Source: Blastocatellia bacterium
Lineage (GTDB): Bacteria > Acidobacteriota > Blastocatellia > RBC074
Assembly: GCA_016789725.1 (NCBI GenBank)
Contig: JAEUQN010000008.1
Location: forward strand, 9,638 to 73,637
Reading direction: 5' to 3'
DNA length: 64,000 nt
Within the stretch, counting starts at the first letter, position 1. The number at the start of each line of letters is the position of its first letter. Both the position numbers and the translations under genes were made by a program. Below, in pieces: positions 25,699 through 34,398 of the stretch. The notes under the pieces were generated by a model. It saw only the letters and a program-made list of their open reading frames with translations. It ran no database searches and had not been told where the DNA came from.

Positions 25699-27201
25699 AT
25701 GGCAACACTTACTCACCTCAACACGCTTGAAACCTCTGGCTTGATTCGCCTCGCCACAGTGCAACCAGAGTTGGAATACTTGTTCCGACACGCGCTGGTG
25801 CAGGATGCCGCGTATGGCTCGCTGCTGAAAAATGATCGCAAACGACTGCACCAAAGCGCGGGCGAGGCACTCGAACAACTGTATGCGGAACGGTTGGACG
25901 AAATCGCGGCGACGCTGGCGCTACATTTTGAGAAAGCCGAGCAGCACGACAAAGCAGTGCATTATTTTCGACAGGCAGGAGATCGTGCCAGCGAAGGCTT
26001 TGCGAACACTGAGGCCCTGGCATTTTATCAGTCTGCAATCGCACAAACCGAACTTACTTTGCAGCAAAAAAACGATGACTCGGCGCAGACCCGGCTGGCG
26101 CAACTGCTGGAGAGTCTGGCCGACGTGCATGAGCGGATCGGTCAACACGAAGCGGCCAGAGAAGTCTATTATCGAGCATTGGAAATACAGGCGGCGCTCC
26201 TGCTCCCGGACAACGTGATGCAGGCGCGACTGTACCGCAAGATCGGCACCGGGCACACCTTGCAGCGACAATTTGAAGAAGCCAATCGTGTGTGGGATCG
26301 TGCTGAGTTGTATCTGGGAGATATGGCACAGGCGCAGTCAAATGCCAGTGAGTCTGAATGGATAGCATTGCAAACGGAGCGGGTTCTGCATCACTACTGG
26401 ATCAATGATCCGCCAGGCATGAAAAAAATCCTAGATCGTCTGCTGCCTGTCGCGGAGCAACGAGGCACATTGCTGCAACGGGCATATGCGTTGTATGGCT
26501 ATTACCTTTACCTGTTTCGTGTGCAGCGGTATGTCGTATCAGATGAGGTGATGGCAATGGCGATGAACACGCTTCCACTTGCCGAGCAGGCAGGAAAACT
26601 AACCATCATCTTCGATCATAATTTTACGCTCGGCTTCTTTCACCTCAACCGCCGTGAATTGGGCGACGCCGAAAAGCATCTGCACACGTGCCTGACCTTA
26701 GCGGAGCGGATGGGCGATCCGATCCGCATCTCACGAGCGGCCAACTATCTGATGGTTGCGGCGCGGATGCGTGGGTTGCCAGATGTCGCGCAGAGCTATT
26801 TTGAAACTGTCCTGAGCACAACCTGGGCTGGCCCGATGGCCGATTACACCTATGTCGTGCAAGCCTGTCAGGCTTGGATTGCCTGGCGCGAAGGCCGGCT
26901 GGACGAAGCGCGAAAGCACGGCCTGGCAGCCAGAGAAGCCTTGCTGGGGCCGTTTCATCATTGGCCGTTTCAGTGGATTATTTACTTTCCCTTGCTGGCC
27001 CTTGCCACCGCAGAACAGCAAGTGATGGAAGCTATCGAATACGCCAAGCGGATGATTGATCTCAAACAGATGATTTTGCCGGAAGATTTGACGGCTGCGC
27101 TTGACAGGGCGATCCAGCTTGGAGAAGCGGAGCAATCAGACGCGGCCCTGCAAACGTTTGCCGAGGCGCTGAAGCTCGCTACTGAAATGGGCTATGTCTG
27201 A
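25699..27201 (+). CDS. orphan STAND winged-helix + TPR sensor module, paralog 4
   Basis: 500 aa. It shares a 74-nt stretch read as identical with paralog 3 (about 25947-26030 vs 24443-24516). It ends EMGYV. Confidence 0.8.
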   Translation: MATLTHLNTLETSGLIRLATVQPELEYLFRHALVQDAAYGSLLKNDRKRLHQSAGEALEQLYAERLDEIAATLALHFEKAEQHDKAVHYFRQAGDRASEGFANTEALAFYQSAIAQTELTLQQKNDDSAQTRLAQLLESLADVHERIGQHEAAREVYYRALEIQAALLLPDNVMQARLYRKIGTGHTLQRQFEEANRVWDRAELYLGDMAQAQSNASESEWIALQTERVLHHYWINDPPGMKKILDRLLPVAEQRGTLLQRAYALYGYYLYLFRVQRYVVSDEVMAMAMNTLPLAEQAGKLTIIFDHNFTLGFFHLNRRELGDAEKHLHTCLTLAERMGDPIRISRAANYLMVAARMRGLPDVAQSYFETVLSTTWAGPMADYTYVVQACQAWIAWREGRLDEARKHGLAAREALLGPFHHWPFQWIIYFPLLALATAEQQVMEAIEYAKRMIDLKQMILPEDLTAALDRAIQLGEAEQSDAALQTFAEALKLATEMGYV

Positions 27202-27206
27202 AATCT

Positions 27207-28694
27207 ATGTCATTACTGAATAATCTCAACACGCTTGAAACGTCCGGCCTGATTCGACTCGCCACAGTCCAGCCGGAGTTGGAGTATTTATTTCGGCACG
27301 CACTGGTGCAGGACGCGGCGTATGACTCACTGCTCAAAAACGACCGCAGGCACTTGCATCAAGCCGTCGGCGAGGCATTGGAATCGCTCTACCCGCAACA
27401 GTGTGATGAATTGGCTGCAACGCTGGCGCTGCATTTTGAAAAGGCGGACGCGCACGAAAAGGCATTACGTTACTTTGCGCTCGCGGCGGAGCGCGCCAGT
27501 GAAAGTTATGCGAATACGGAGGCCATCGCATTTTATGAATCCGCGATTGCGCAGGCCGCACACTTACGCAGCCCGACCAGAAATACACGCATTGCCGCGT
27601 TGCACGAAGGAATCGGCGATGTTTACAAGTGCGTCGGACAACACGAAGCGGCCCGCGCACAATATGCCCGCGCGCACGATTTGCAAGCCGCACAACCGCA
27701 ACCCGACCGGCTGTTGCAGGCGCGCATGCAGCGCAAAAGCGGCGCGACGTTGACTCCTGAGCGCCAGTTTGCCGCAGCCGATGTGATCTGGGACAACGCG
27801 GAGCAGTTGTTGGGAACGCTCTCCGATGAGAGTGACCAGGCGTTGTGGGATGAGTGGATCGAGATTCAGGTCGAGCGGACGTGGCGATATTACTGGGAAG
27901 CTTCGACAGACCAAATGGAACAGGTTTGTGATCGGGTTCTGCCTTTGGTCGAACGACGCGGCACGCCAGCGCAACGGGCGCGGGCGTTAGGGGTCTACAC
28001 CCTCTATTTTTTCCGGCGGGAACGCCTGGTTGTCTCGGATGCGACGATTGTTCTCCAGCGCAAAGTGTTGTATTACGCCCAGGAAGCCAAAAGCCCGCCA
28101 CTGGAATGCGACGCGTATTTTGGGCTGGGCTTTTATCATCTCTTCCGACGCGAATTGCCCGAAGCGGAAGAAAATTTGCGAGCTGCTTATGCGTTGGCCG
28201 AACGGATGGGATCGCCGGTTCATATTGCGCGCAGTGCGAATTACCTGATGTGCCTGGCGCGGATGCGCGGGCAAGTCGAAAAAGCAGGCACTTACTTTCC
28301 GACGATCCTCAACAACAACTGGGCTGGACCGATGGCAGATTACACCGTGCAGGTGTATGCCTGCGAAGCCTGGATGGCGTGGCGCGCTGGTGATTGGGAC
28401 ACCACGGAAGCCAAAGTGGAAGCGGCGATTGCGCGTATTGCACAAGGTTGGAAAGTCTATCCGATGAAATGGACAGCGCTCTTTCCGGCGCTTGGTGCGG
28501 CGGTCAGCAAAAAACAAGTAGAGAAAGCCGCCGAATGGGCGCAACTACTGCTCGCGCCTGACCAAATGGCACTACCTGCCGATTTGACGGCAGTTTTGGA
28601 AACGGGCATTCAACTAGCCGTGCAAGACACTGATGCCGCACTCATCGCCTTTGCTGAAGCAATTCAATTCGGGTTGGGCTATGGGTATTTGTAA
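27207..28694 (+). CDS. orphan STAND winged-helix + TPR sensor module, paralog 5
   Basis: 495 aa with the same N-terminal block. C-terminal motifs are shared with paralogs 3 and 4 (ERMG.P..I.R.ANYLM..AR.RGQ; NWAGPMADYT). It ends GYGYL. The gap from paralog 4 is 5 nt. Confidence 0.8.
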   Translation: MSLLNNLNTLETSGLIRLATVQPELEYLFRHALVQDAAYDSLLKNDRRHLHQAVGEALESLYPQQCDELAATLALHFEKADAHEKALRYFALAAERASESYANTEAIAFYESAIAQAAHLRSPTRNTRIAALHEGIGDVYKCVGQHEAARAQYARAHDLQAAQPQPDRLLQARMQRKSGATLTPERQFAAADVIWDNAEQLLGTLSDESDQALWDEWIEIQVERTWRYYWEASTDQMEQVCDRVLPLVERRGTPAQRARALGVYTLYFFRRERLVVSDATIVLQRKVLYYAQEAKSPPLECDAYFGLGFYHLFRRELPEAEENLRAAYALAERMGSPVHIARSANYLMCLARMRGQVEKAGTYFPTILNNNWAGPMADYTVQVYACEAWMAWRAGDWDTTEAKVEAAIARIAQGWKVYPMKWTALFPALGAAVSKKQVEKAAEWAQLLLAPDQMALPADLTAVLETGIQLAVQDTDAALIAFAEAIQFGLGYGYL

Positions 28695-28700
28695 CTCGCG

Positions 28701-28784
28701 GGGTCCGCACGCATCATGCATGGCAGATGGTACTGCCTCATTCATTAGGGCAACAAAACCAGTACGCAGGATGCGTGCGGACCC
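28701..28784. repeat. long-range inverted repeat IR3 after the last sensor-module gene
   Basis: Arms read as perfect 15-bp matches: GGGTCCGCACGCATC (28701-28715) and GATGCGTGCGGACCC (28770-28784). Nested GGCAG/CTGCC and GTACTG/CAGTAC pairings lie inside. An A10 run follows. Confidence 0.7.
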
Positions 28785-28940
28785 AAAAAAAAAATCGCTT
28801 CCCCATGGCAGCTTTATCTCACCAAACGCGCCTGTAGAAGTGAGACTAAAATATCCGCCAGTGGGGTAAGGCAGTTACAGTCGGGCGCTTCACTCGTCAG
28901 CAAATTGAAGCGCCCGCTGTAGCTTGAGAAAAGAGGTTCG

Positions 28941-29438
28941 ATGAGACGACTTATTACTATTTTTGCCTTATTGCTATTGGCTTCTGCCCTGTCTATGGCG
29001 CAGGACGCAAACTCCACCACCGAACAAGAAATCAAACGCCTCCTCGCCACACAGGATGAAGCAATTGTCAAAGGCGATGTGAATACACTGAAGAAACTCT
29101 CAACGGATGATTTTACGCTGGTGTCCCCCATCGGCTCCATCACAACCAAAGAGGCGTTTTTGCAATCCCTCGAAAGCCGAAGAGTCGCCTACGAAGAGCA
29201 TCACACCGAAGACCTCAAGCTGCGTATTTTTGCCGAGATGGCAGTCGCGCAAACTGTGCTGAAAATGAAGCCCGTGCTTAATGGGCAAAGTCGCGATGTG
29301 CAGATGCGCGCGACGATGGTGTTCGTCAAGGTCAAAGACCAATGGTTGCTGTATACGTTGCACTCCAGCACCATTCCGCCACCACGTCCGCCCCAACCTG
29401 TCACATCACCTGCCACACCTAAACCGCCGAGCGAATGA
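28941..29438 (+). CDS. secreted SnoaL/NTF2-like (DUF4440-type) protein with a Pro-rich tail, paralog 1
   Basis: Signal peptide MRRLITIFALLLLASALSMAQ, then ...IVKGDVNTLKKLSTDDFTLVSP.G...KEAFL.......Y.E....DLK.R....AV.......... The tail is SSTIPPPRPPQPVTSPATPKPPSE. Confidence 0.6.
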   Translation: MRRLITIFALLLLASALSMAQDANSTTEQEIKRLLATQDEAIVKGDVNTLKKLSTDDFTLVSPIGSITTKEAFLQSLESRRVAYEEHHTEDLKLRIFAEMAVAQTVLKMKPVLNGQSRDVQMRATMVFVKVKDQWLLYTLHSSTIPPPRPPQPVTSPATPKPPSE

Positions 29439-29486
29439 GGGTGGTGGCACATCGGATCGTCGCCCAATCAAAGAGGAGAGAATCGT

Positions 29487-29987
29487 ATGCAACGTAGCTT
29501 TTTTGGTCTGCTGTTCATTTTGGCCTTGACGCTCACTGGGGTGAGTCAAGGGCGTGAAAGCCGTCAGGATGAAGTGCAGCAAATCCTTGAGAAATTTGAT
29601 CAATCCATCGTCAAACGAGATGAAGCAACAGGTCGGCAACTACTGCACGACGACTTTACGTTCGTCAATCCAAGCGGTACGGTCGTAGACCGGGAGCGAT
29701 TCGTGAAATTCGCTCTTGCCGGGAACAATGTATATGAAGAACACAAGACCGAAGACCTCTCAATCCGCTTATCCGGCGATGCTGCCGTGTGCCGGGGTAC
29801 ATTGAAATTCCGCGTGAATATGAACGGGCAGGTGCGCGATTTTCAATCCCGCATCACGGTCGTCATTGTGAAGGAGAAAGGGCAGTGGCAATTGTTCACC
29901 TACCACGCCAGTTCCATTCCGCCGCCGCGTCCGGCCCAGCCCACAACGCCACCACCCACGACCAGCAAACCACCGAGCGAATTATGA
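29487..29987 (+). CDS. secreted SnoaL/NTF2-like (DUF4440-type) protein with a Pro-rich tail, paralog 2
   Basis: Collinear with the preceding gene, including the tail SSIPPPRPAQPTTPPPTTSKPPSEL. Its stop overlaps the next ATG (ATGA). Confidence 0.6.
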   Translation: MQRSFFGLLFILALTLTGVSQGRESRQDEVQQILEKFDQSIVKRDEATGRQLLHDDFTFVNPSGTVVDRERFVKFALAGNNVYEEHKTEDLSIRLSGDAAVCRGTLKFRVNMNGQVRDFQSRITVVIVKEKGQWQLFTYHASSIPPPRPAQPTTPPPTTSKPPSEL

Positions 29988-30610
29988 ACCTGCTGATCTT
30001 TGGCGCTTCGGGTGGCACCGGGCGTTGCTTACTCGAACAAGCGTTGGCGCAAGGGCATCACGTCACCGCCTTTGCGCGCAAGCCCGAAAACGTCGCGGTG
30101 CAACATCCAAGCCTCAAGGTCGTCCAGGGCGATATGCTGGATTATGATTCCGTCGCGACAGCAATGCCCGGACATGATGCTGTGCTGTCAACGCTCGGCG
30201 TATATCTTTTCAAGAAAAATACTGTGTTGTCGGATGGGACGCGCAACATCATTCGCGCGATGGAGGCCCACGGCGTCAAGCGCTTTGTGTGTGAAACGGC
30301 GCTTGGGATTAGCGACAGCCGCGATCAGTTGTCCTTGTTTGTCGAATTCATTTTTTACCCGTTCTTGCTGCGGCATTTCTTTCCCGACAAAGAACGGCAG
30401 GAGTTAGCGATTCGGCAAAGCTCTTTGGATTGGATTATTGTGCGTCCGGCGCGGCTGACGAATGGCAAGCAAACCGGACAATATCGGCACGGCTTCGGCC
30501 CGCACGAGAAAATCAAAGGCTCTGTTTCGCGCGCCGACACGGCAGAATTTATGCTGAAGCAATTGACGGATGACACCTATTTGCGAAAAACGCCCGGCCT
30601 GTCTTATTGA
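29984..30610 (+). CDS. NAD(P)H-binding oxidoreductase (BLVRB / flavin-reductase-like atypical SDR)
   Basis: The internal ATG at 29984 gives MNLLIFGASGGTGRCLLEQALAQGHHVTAFARKP. At 208 aa the length is typical. The track's upstream extension overlaps the previous gene and was rejected. Confidence 0.75.
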   Translation: MNLLIFGASGGTGRCLLEQALAQGHHVTAFARKPENVAVQHPSLKVVQGDMLDYDSVATAMPGHDAVLSTLGVYLFKKNTVLSDGTRNIIRAMEAHGVKRFVCETALGISDSRDQLSLFVEFIFYPFLLRHFFPDKERQELAIRQSSLDWIIVRPARLTNGKQTGQYRHGFGPHEKIKGSVSRADTAEFMLKQLTDDTYLRKTPGLSY

Positions 30611-30613
30611 CGA

Positions 30614-31480
30614 TTACTCTTTTTTGATGAGGGAAGCGGTGATGGTTGCGCCCGAAGCTTTCGCCTGTATTTTCACAGGCATATGCGACGCATCGTCTGT
30701 GACCCACATGAAAAACTCACCCTCGCGCGAACTTAGCCGTCCAGGGCCAAACAACTTGGGTTCAATCTTGATCGTCTTAAATTTGCCAAGGTCGGTGGCA
30801 ATCTCTTCACGCCCATGCACCAGCAACTCGAATTCTTTGCGCTCGCCTTCGTACACGAGTGGAAACTTATAGGTCTCTCCTTCTTTCGCTTCCTGCAATC
30901 GCAGCAGGTAAAACGCTGACAGCAAATCCTGCATATTAGGCTCGAGCTTGACGATCTTTTCACGCGCCGGATTTTGTGGGGCATTCAAATCTATTGTGCG
31001 GTAATCGGCTTCGTTTTTGGTGTAATCGAAAAGGCCTGTTTGCAGATTATGTTTCTTGCCTTCTTCGATCTCGCGTAGTACCGCCCGCACTCGAAAATCT
31101 TTCGCATCTACTAACGTTTCAAACCGATCATTGACGCTCAGCCCAAACAGGCGCAGCAATAAGCTTTTGGCCGTGATCGTCGCCCGTAGGTGTAACAAGC
31201 GATCTTCGGGCTGTGGCTTGAATTCGAGCTTGTCAATGGTGGGTTGCGATGAAATCCCCACGCTTTCAAACACAATGGTTCCGGCGCTGATCGAAAGCGG
31301 CACACGCGTGAAGCGCAATTCATATGTGAGTTTTTCAGTAGCCGGGAAAGGAAGTGGTTTGGCTTCCCGGCGCGGCGCAAGAACTTTGGGCACAGCCGGC
31401 GCAGCGGGGACGCGCGGCTTTGACTTGCAAGCTGGCAAGAGGCAAAAACTGAGCAACGTGAAAATCAGTAGGTTTCGCAT
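30614..31480 (-). CDS. DUF3108-like secreted protein
   Basis: A signal or lipoprotein-like N-terminus (LLSFCLLPACKS), then EKLTYELRF..VPLSISAGTIVFE and a C-terminal GEFFMWVTDDASHMPVKIQAKASGATITASL, which resemble the DUF3108 pattern. Confidence 0.5.
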   Translation of the reverse strand: MRNLLIFTLLSFCLLPACKSKPRVPAAPAVPKVLAPRREAKPLPFPATEKLTYELRFTRVPLSISAGTIVFESVGISSQPTIDKLEFKPQPEDRLLHLRATITAKSLLLRLFGLSVNDRFETLVDAKDFRVRAVLREIEEGKKHNLQTGLFDYTKNEADYRTIDLNAPQNPAREKIVKLEPNMQDLLSAFYLLRLQEAKEGETYKFPLVYEGERKEFELLVHGREEIATDLGKFKTIKIEPKLFGPGRLSSREGEFFMWVTDDASHMPVKIQAKASGATITASLIKKE

Positions 31481-31487
31481 TCGGCAG

Positions 31488-32027
31488 TTATCTCAGGACA
31501 ATTTTCAACGCCAATATCCCCACCACCACGACCACTCCAATCAAAGCACGATATTCGCGGTACTTCAAATACAAGCGTTGATCGAAGGAGGCAGTTGCCC
31601 CTTTGCTCCAGGCCGTCAATCGCGGCAAAAAGAGCGGCACGTTCTGTTCGTACTCGGCAAAATCATTCGGAAACAAAACGTGCATGTGGGCGGCTTCAGC
31701 CTGCATCACGGGCAAATATACCGCCAGAAAAAATCCGAGCAATAAAATTGCCAGCCACCAACTGTTGCCACCAATCACTATGCCAATCGCCAAAACAAAA
31801 CTGCCGAAATAGAGCGGGTTGCGTGTGTATGCATACGGCCCGCTAATGGCTAGTTCCGCATTCTTGCGCAAATGCCCCGAAGCCCACGCCCGAATCGCTA
31901 CGCCGATCAACGCGATGGGCACGCCAATGGCGAGCGTTTGCCACGAGGGTTGCGAGAAAACGAGAAACAGAATTGCGGTTACAAATCCGAGGGGGACGCG
32001 CAGGCGTTGCAGGATTGCTTTGTTCAT
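31488..32027 (-). CDS. isoprenylcysteine carboxyl methyltransferase (ICMT)/PEMT-family membrane methyltransferase
   Basis: Multi-TM protein of 179 aa with the family motif L.ISGPYAYTRNPLYFGSF. Confidence 0.7.
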   Translation of the reverse strand: MNKAILQRLRVPLGFVTAILFLVFSQPSWQTLAIGVPIALIGVAIRAWASGHLRKNAELAISGPYAYTRNPLYFGSFVLAIGIVIGGNSWWLAILLLGFFLAVYLPVMQAEAAHMHVLFPNDFAEYEQNVPLFLPRLTAWSKGATASFDQRLYLKYREYRALIGVVVVVGILALKIVLR

Positions 32028-32034
32028 AAATTAT

Positions 32035-32171
32035 TCAGCCACGAATTTACACGAATTTACACGAATTATAAAAGCCGTCATTTGCCACCAATTAGCTGGG
32101 TGTCGCAGATTACCTGCTTTCTGCACAAGGCAATCTGCCCTATCTCCCTATTCGTATAAATTCGTGGCTGA
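32035..32171. repeat. long-range inverted repeat IR4; its right arm lies inside the GT9 coding sequence
   Basis: Arms are TCAGCCACGAATTTACACGAA (32035-32055) and TTCGTATAAATTCGTGGCTGA (32151-32171), matching at 20 of 21 positions. The left arm is followed by tandem ACGAATTTAC units. The right arm encodes the last 7 codons (SATNLYE) of the heptosyltransferase. Confidence 0.75.
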
Positions 32172-33197
32172 AATTCTTTTTTGCACTTGTTGCCAAACAG
32201 CTTCGACGGGAATGTTCATGCACGATGTATGGCTGCAACTACGGCGAAAGCAACCCACGCGGCAATCCAAATCAAAACGTTCGACGATGACATCCGCCGG
32301 AGCAAACGGGCCATTACGCCGCGCTGGCGTCGGGCCGTAAATGCCGACAATCGGCGTCCCCGCCGCCGCCGCCAAGTGTAACGGACCGGTGTCGCCGCCG
32401 AGAAAGAGCCTGGCGCGTTGTGCGAGCGCAAAAAATTGCTTGAGTGTTGAGTTTAATAATTCAACCGCGCCGCTGCGTGAATGCGCGACAACTGATTGCG
32501 CCAACGCCTCTTCGCCGGGGCCATATGTCACGACCGAACGCCAACCGTAATTGTCCCACAAGCGATCCGCAATGGCGGCGAAGCCCTGGGCATTCCAAAG
32601 TTTCGTCGGCCAACCGCCGCCGGGATTGATGATGGCGACATTCCCGCCCCGCTGGTCAATTTGTTGCTCGGCGAATTGTTGCTCAGTGAACGAAATGCCG
32701 AGCGGGAATTCGTAAGCGCCTTCGATAGAAATGCCAAGGTGTGCGATTAACTGCAAGTTTTTTTTGATGATGTGATCGTGGTCGTCCACCTTCACGCGTT
32801 CGGTCATCAAATATGCGCTGGCGGGTTCGCGCAAGGCTTCTTTAGCAAAGCCGATGCGGCGCGGCGCACGCGATAGCCACATCATCATTCCCGATTTCAG
32901 CAGCCCTTGAAAATCCACCGCGACATCAAAGCCACGCAGCTTTGCTACTGCCGTTTTGATTGCTGTGCGGGTTTCGCCGCCGAGCAAGTTTTTACGCCAG
33001 CCGCGCGTGTCCACTTCGATCAATTCGTCAAGGCACGGATTATCGCGCAAGAGCTTCGCCGCGCCGCCCCGTTCGACGACCCAGGTGAGATGCGCTTCGG
33101 GCCACGCGCGCCGCATCGCTGCCAGCGCGGGCAGCGTGTGAACGACATCGCCGATGGCACCGAGTTTGACGATTAAGATTCGCATAGTGCTTTTCAT
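32148..33197 (-). CDS. glycosyltransferase family 9 (LPS heptosyltransferase I-like)
   Basis: [37 protein letters not shown], and a C-terminal [24 protein letters not shown]. Confidence 0.85.
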   Translation of the reverse strand: MKSTMRILIVKLGAIGDVVHTLPALAAMRRAWPEAHLTWVVERGGAAKLLRDNPCLDELIEVDTRGWRKNLLGGETRTAIKTAVAKLRGFDVAVDFQGLLKSGMMMWLSRAPRRIGFAKEALREPASAYLMTERVKVDDHDHIIKKNLQLIAHLGISIEGAYEFPLGISFTEQQFAEQQIDQRGGNVAIINPGGGWPTKLWNAQGFAAIADRLWDNYGWRSVVTYGPGEEALAQSVVAHSRSGAVELLNSTLKQFFALAQRARLFLGGDTGPLHLAAAAGTPIVGIYGPTPARRNGPFAPADVIVERFDLDCRVGCFRRSCSHTSCMNIPVEAVWQQVQKRISATNLYE

Positions 33198-33291
33198 CGC
33201 AGCCGCGCAGAGGTTGCGCGGAGCTGCGCAGACTTTGTGTTCTCTCTGTGAAACTCTGCGATTCTCCTGCGTCTTTGCCGTAAAAAAAATC

Positions 33292-34398
33292 TTACTCTGC
33301 TACCACCACATAAAACTTGTCATCTGCGCTCACAAACGCGGTCGCTTTATCTTTGCCCGGCCAGGCTGTAACGATGCCTCGCTCGCCCGTGAACTTGCCG
33401 TTCATCGCGTAGCGCGCCCAATTCAGATTGCCTTTTTGTTTCCACAACAACAACACGTCGCGTTTGCGATTCGTTAGGACAAGCGGATGATTTGCGGTGC
33501 CTTCGCCTTCAGGCGCGGCAATACGCGGCGTAAAGCCGGTTGCTATTGTCTTTGCGTTTGACCAGTATACTTTGCCCTGACTCATCCAACTCAACGTCAC
33601 CTGTCCGGTTTTCTCCACGCGAAAATCTGCGCCGCTCATCGGACAGCCTTCCAGCTTCCAATTATCTTGGCTAACGCGTACGGCCTTGAAATTATTTTCA
33701 GTCTTGCGGCCTTGAAGCAAATAAAAGTCGCGGATGTTGCGATAGCCGCTGCGGAAGGCAATGTACACATCGTCGCCGCTTAACCGCGCTTCCAGGCGAC
33801 AGCAGGCGCAGGCACGTCCGGCGAAGTCGTATTTGACGATTTCATTGCGCGCAAAGCTTGCGCCGTTGTCGGTTGAGCGTGCCAGCAGAATCGGATGTGC
33901 GACCGGGTTGTCTTCTTCTTTCTCGATACGTGCGTCGAGCCAGAAGACCAAGACGTTCCCGCTCGCATCAGCGACGATTGCGGGGCTGTCGGAGCCGATG
34001 TTCGTATCTTGCACATTGCGTTCGGGCGCGAAGGTCTTGCCGCCATCGGTGCTCTGTGTGTACCAAATGCCGCCGCCTTTTTGATAATGCCCCAGCCACA
34101 CCGCGTGAATGACGCCGTCTTTGCCGAGCGCGAGTTTTACCCCACGTTCCGCGCCAACCGTGATCGTGCCTGCGCGTTGATTGATTCTGACTGGGTTGCT
34201 GAAGGTTTTGCCCCGGTCACGCGATTGCACGTAGTAACCGTCCTGCTCTTTACCGTATACCAAATGCAAGATGCCTTTTTTATCAAGCACGACTTCCGGT
34301 ACGCGACCTTGATTCGGAGTGTGAATCGTGACGATAGAAGGATTGGCCGCAACAGCAATAGAAATCAAAGTGAGAGCAAGTAAAGTGCGAATCATCAT
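33292..34398 (-). CDS. secreted BNR/Asp-box beta-propeller (sialidase-fold) protein
   Basis: A signal peptide is followed by Asp-boxes [16 protein letters not shown] and STDNGASF. Its ATG overlaps the stop of the upstream GT9 gene (ATGA). Confidence 0.7.
   Translation of the reverse strand: MMIRTLLALTLISIAVAANPSIVTIHTPNQGRVPEVVLDKKGILHLVYGKEQDGYYVQSRDRGKTFSNPVRINQRAGTITVGAERGVKLALGKDGVIHAVWLGHYQKGGGIWYTQSTDGGKTFAPERNVQDTNIGSDSPAIVADASGNVLVFWLDARIEKEEDNPVAHPILLARSTDNGASFARNEIVKYDFAGRACACCRLEARLSGDDVYIAFRSGYRNIRDFYLLQGRKTENNFKAVRVSQDNWKLEGCPMSGADFRVEKTGQVTLSWMSQGKVYWSNAKTIATGFTPRIAAPEGEGTANHPLVLTNRKRDVLLLWKQKGNLNWARYAMNGKFTGERGIVTAWPGKDKATAFVSADDKFYVVVAE

Noticed and set aside
17114-28694. A shufflon or cassette-recombination model in which a module is recombined onto the chassis gene.
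   Set aside because: The chassis 3' end shares no sequence with the conserved 5' ~130 nt of the modules. There are no invertible-segment repeats flanking the modules, all of which lie in the same orientation. No recombinase gene is nearby. Trans-assembly or pseudogenisation are more parsimonious.
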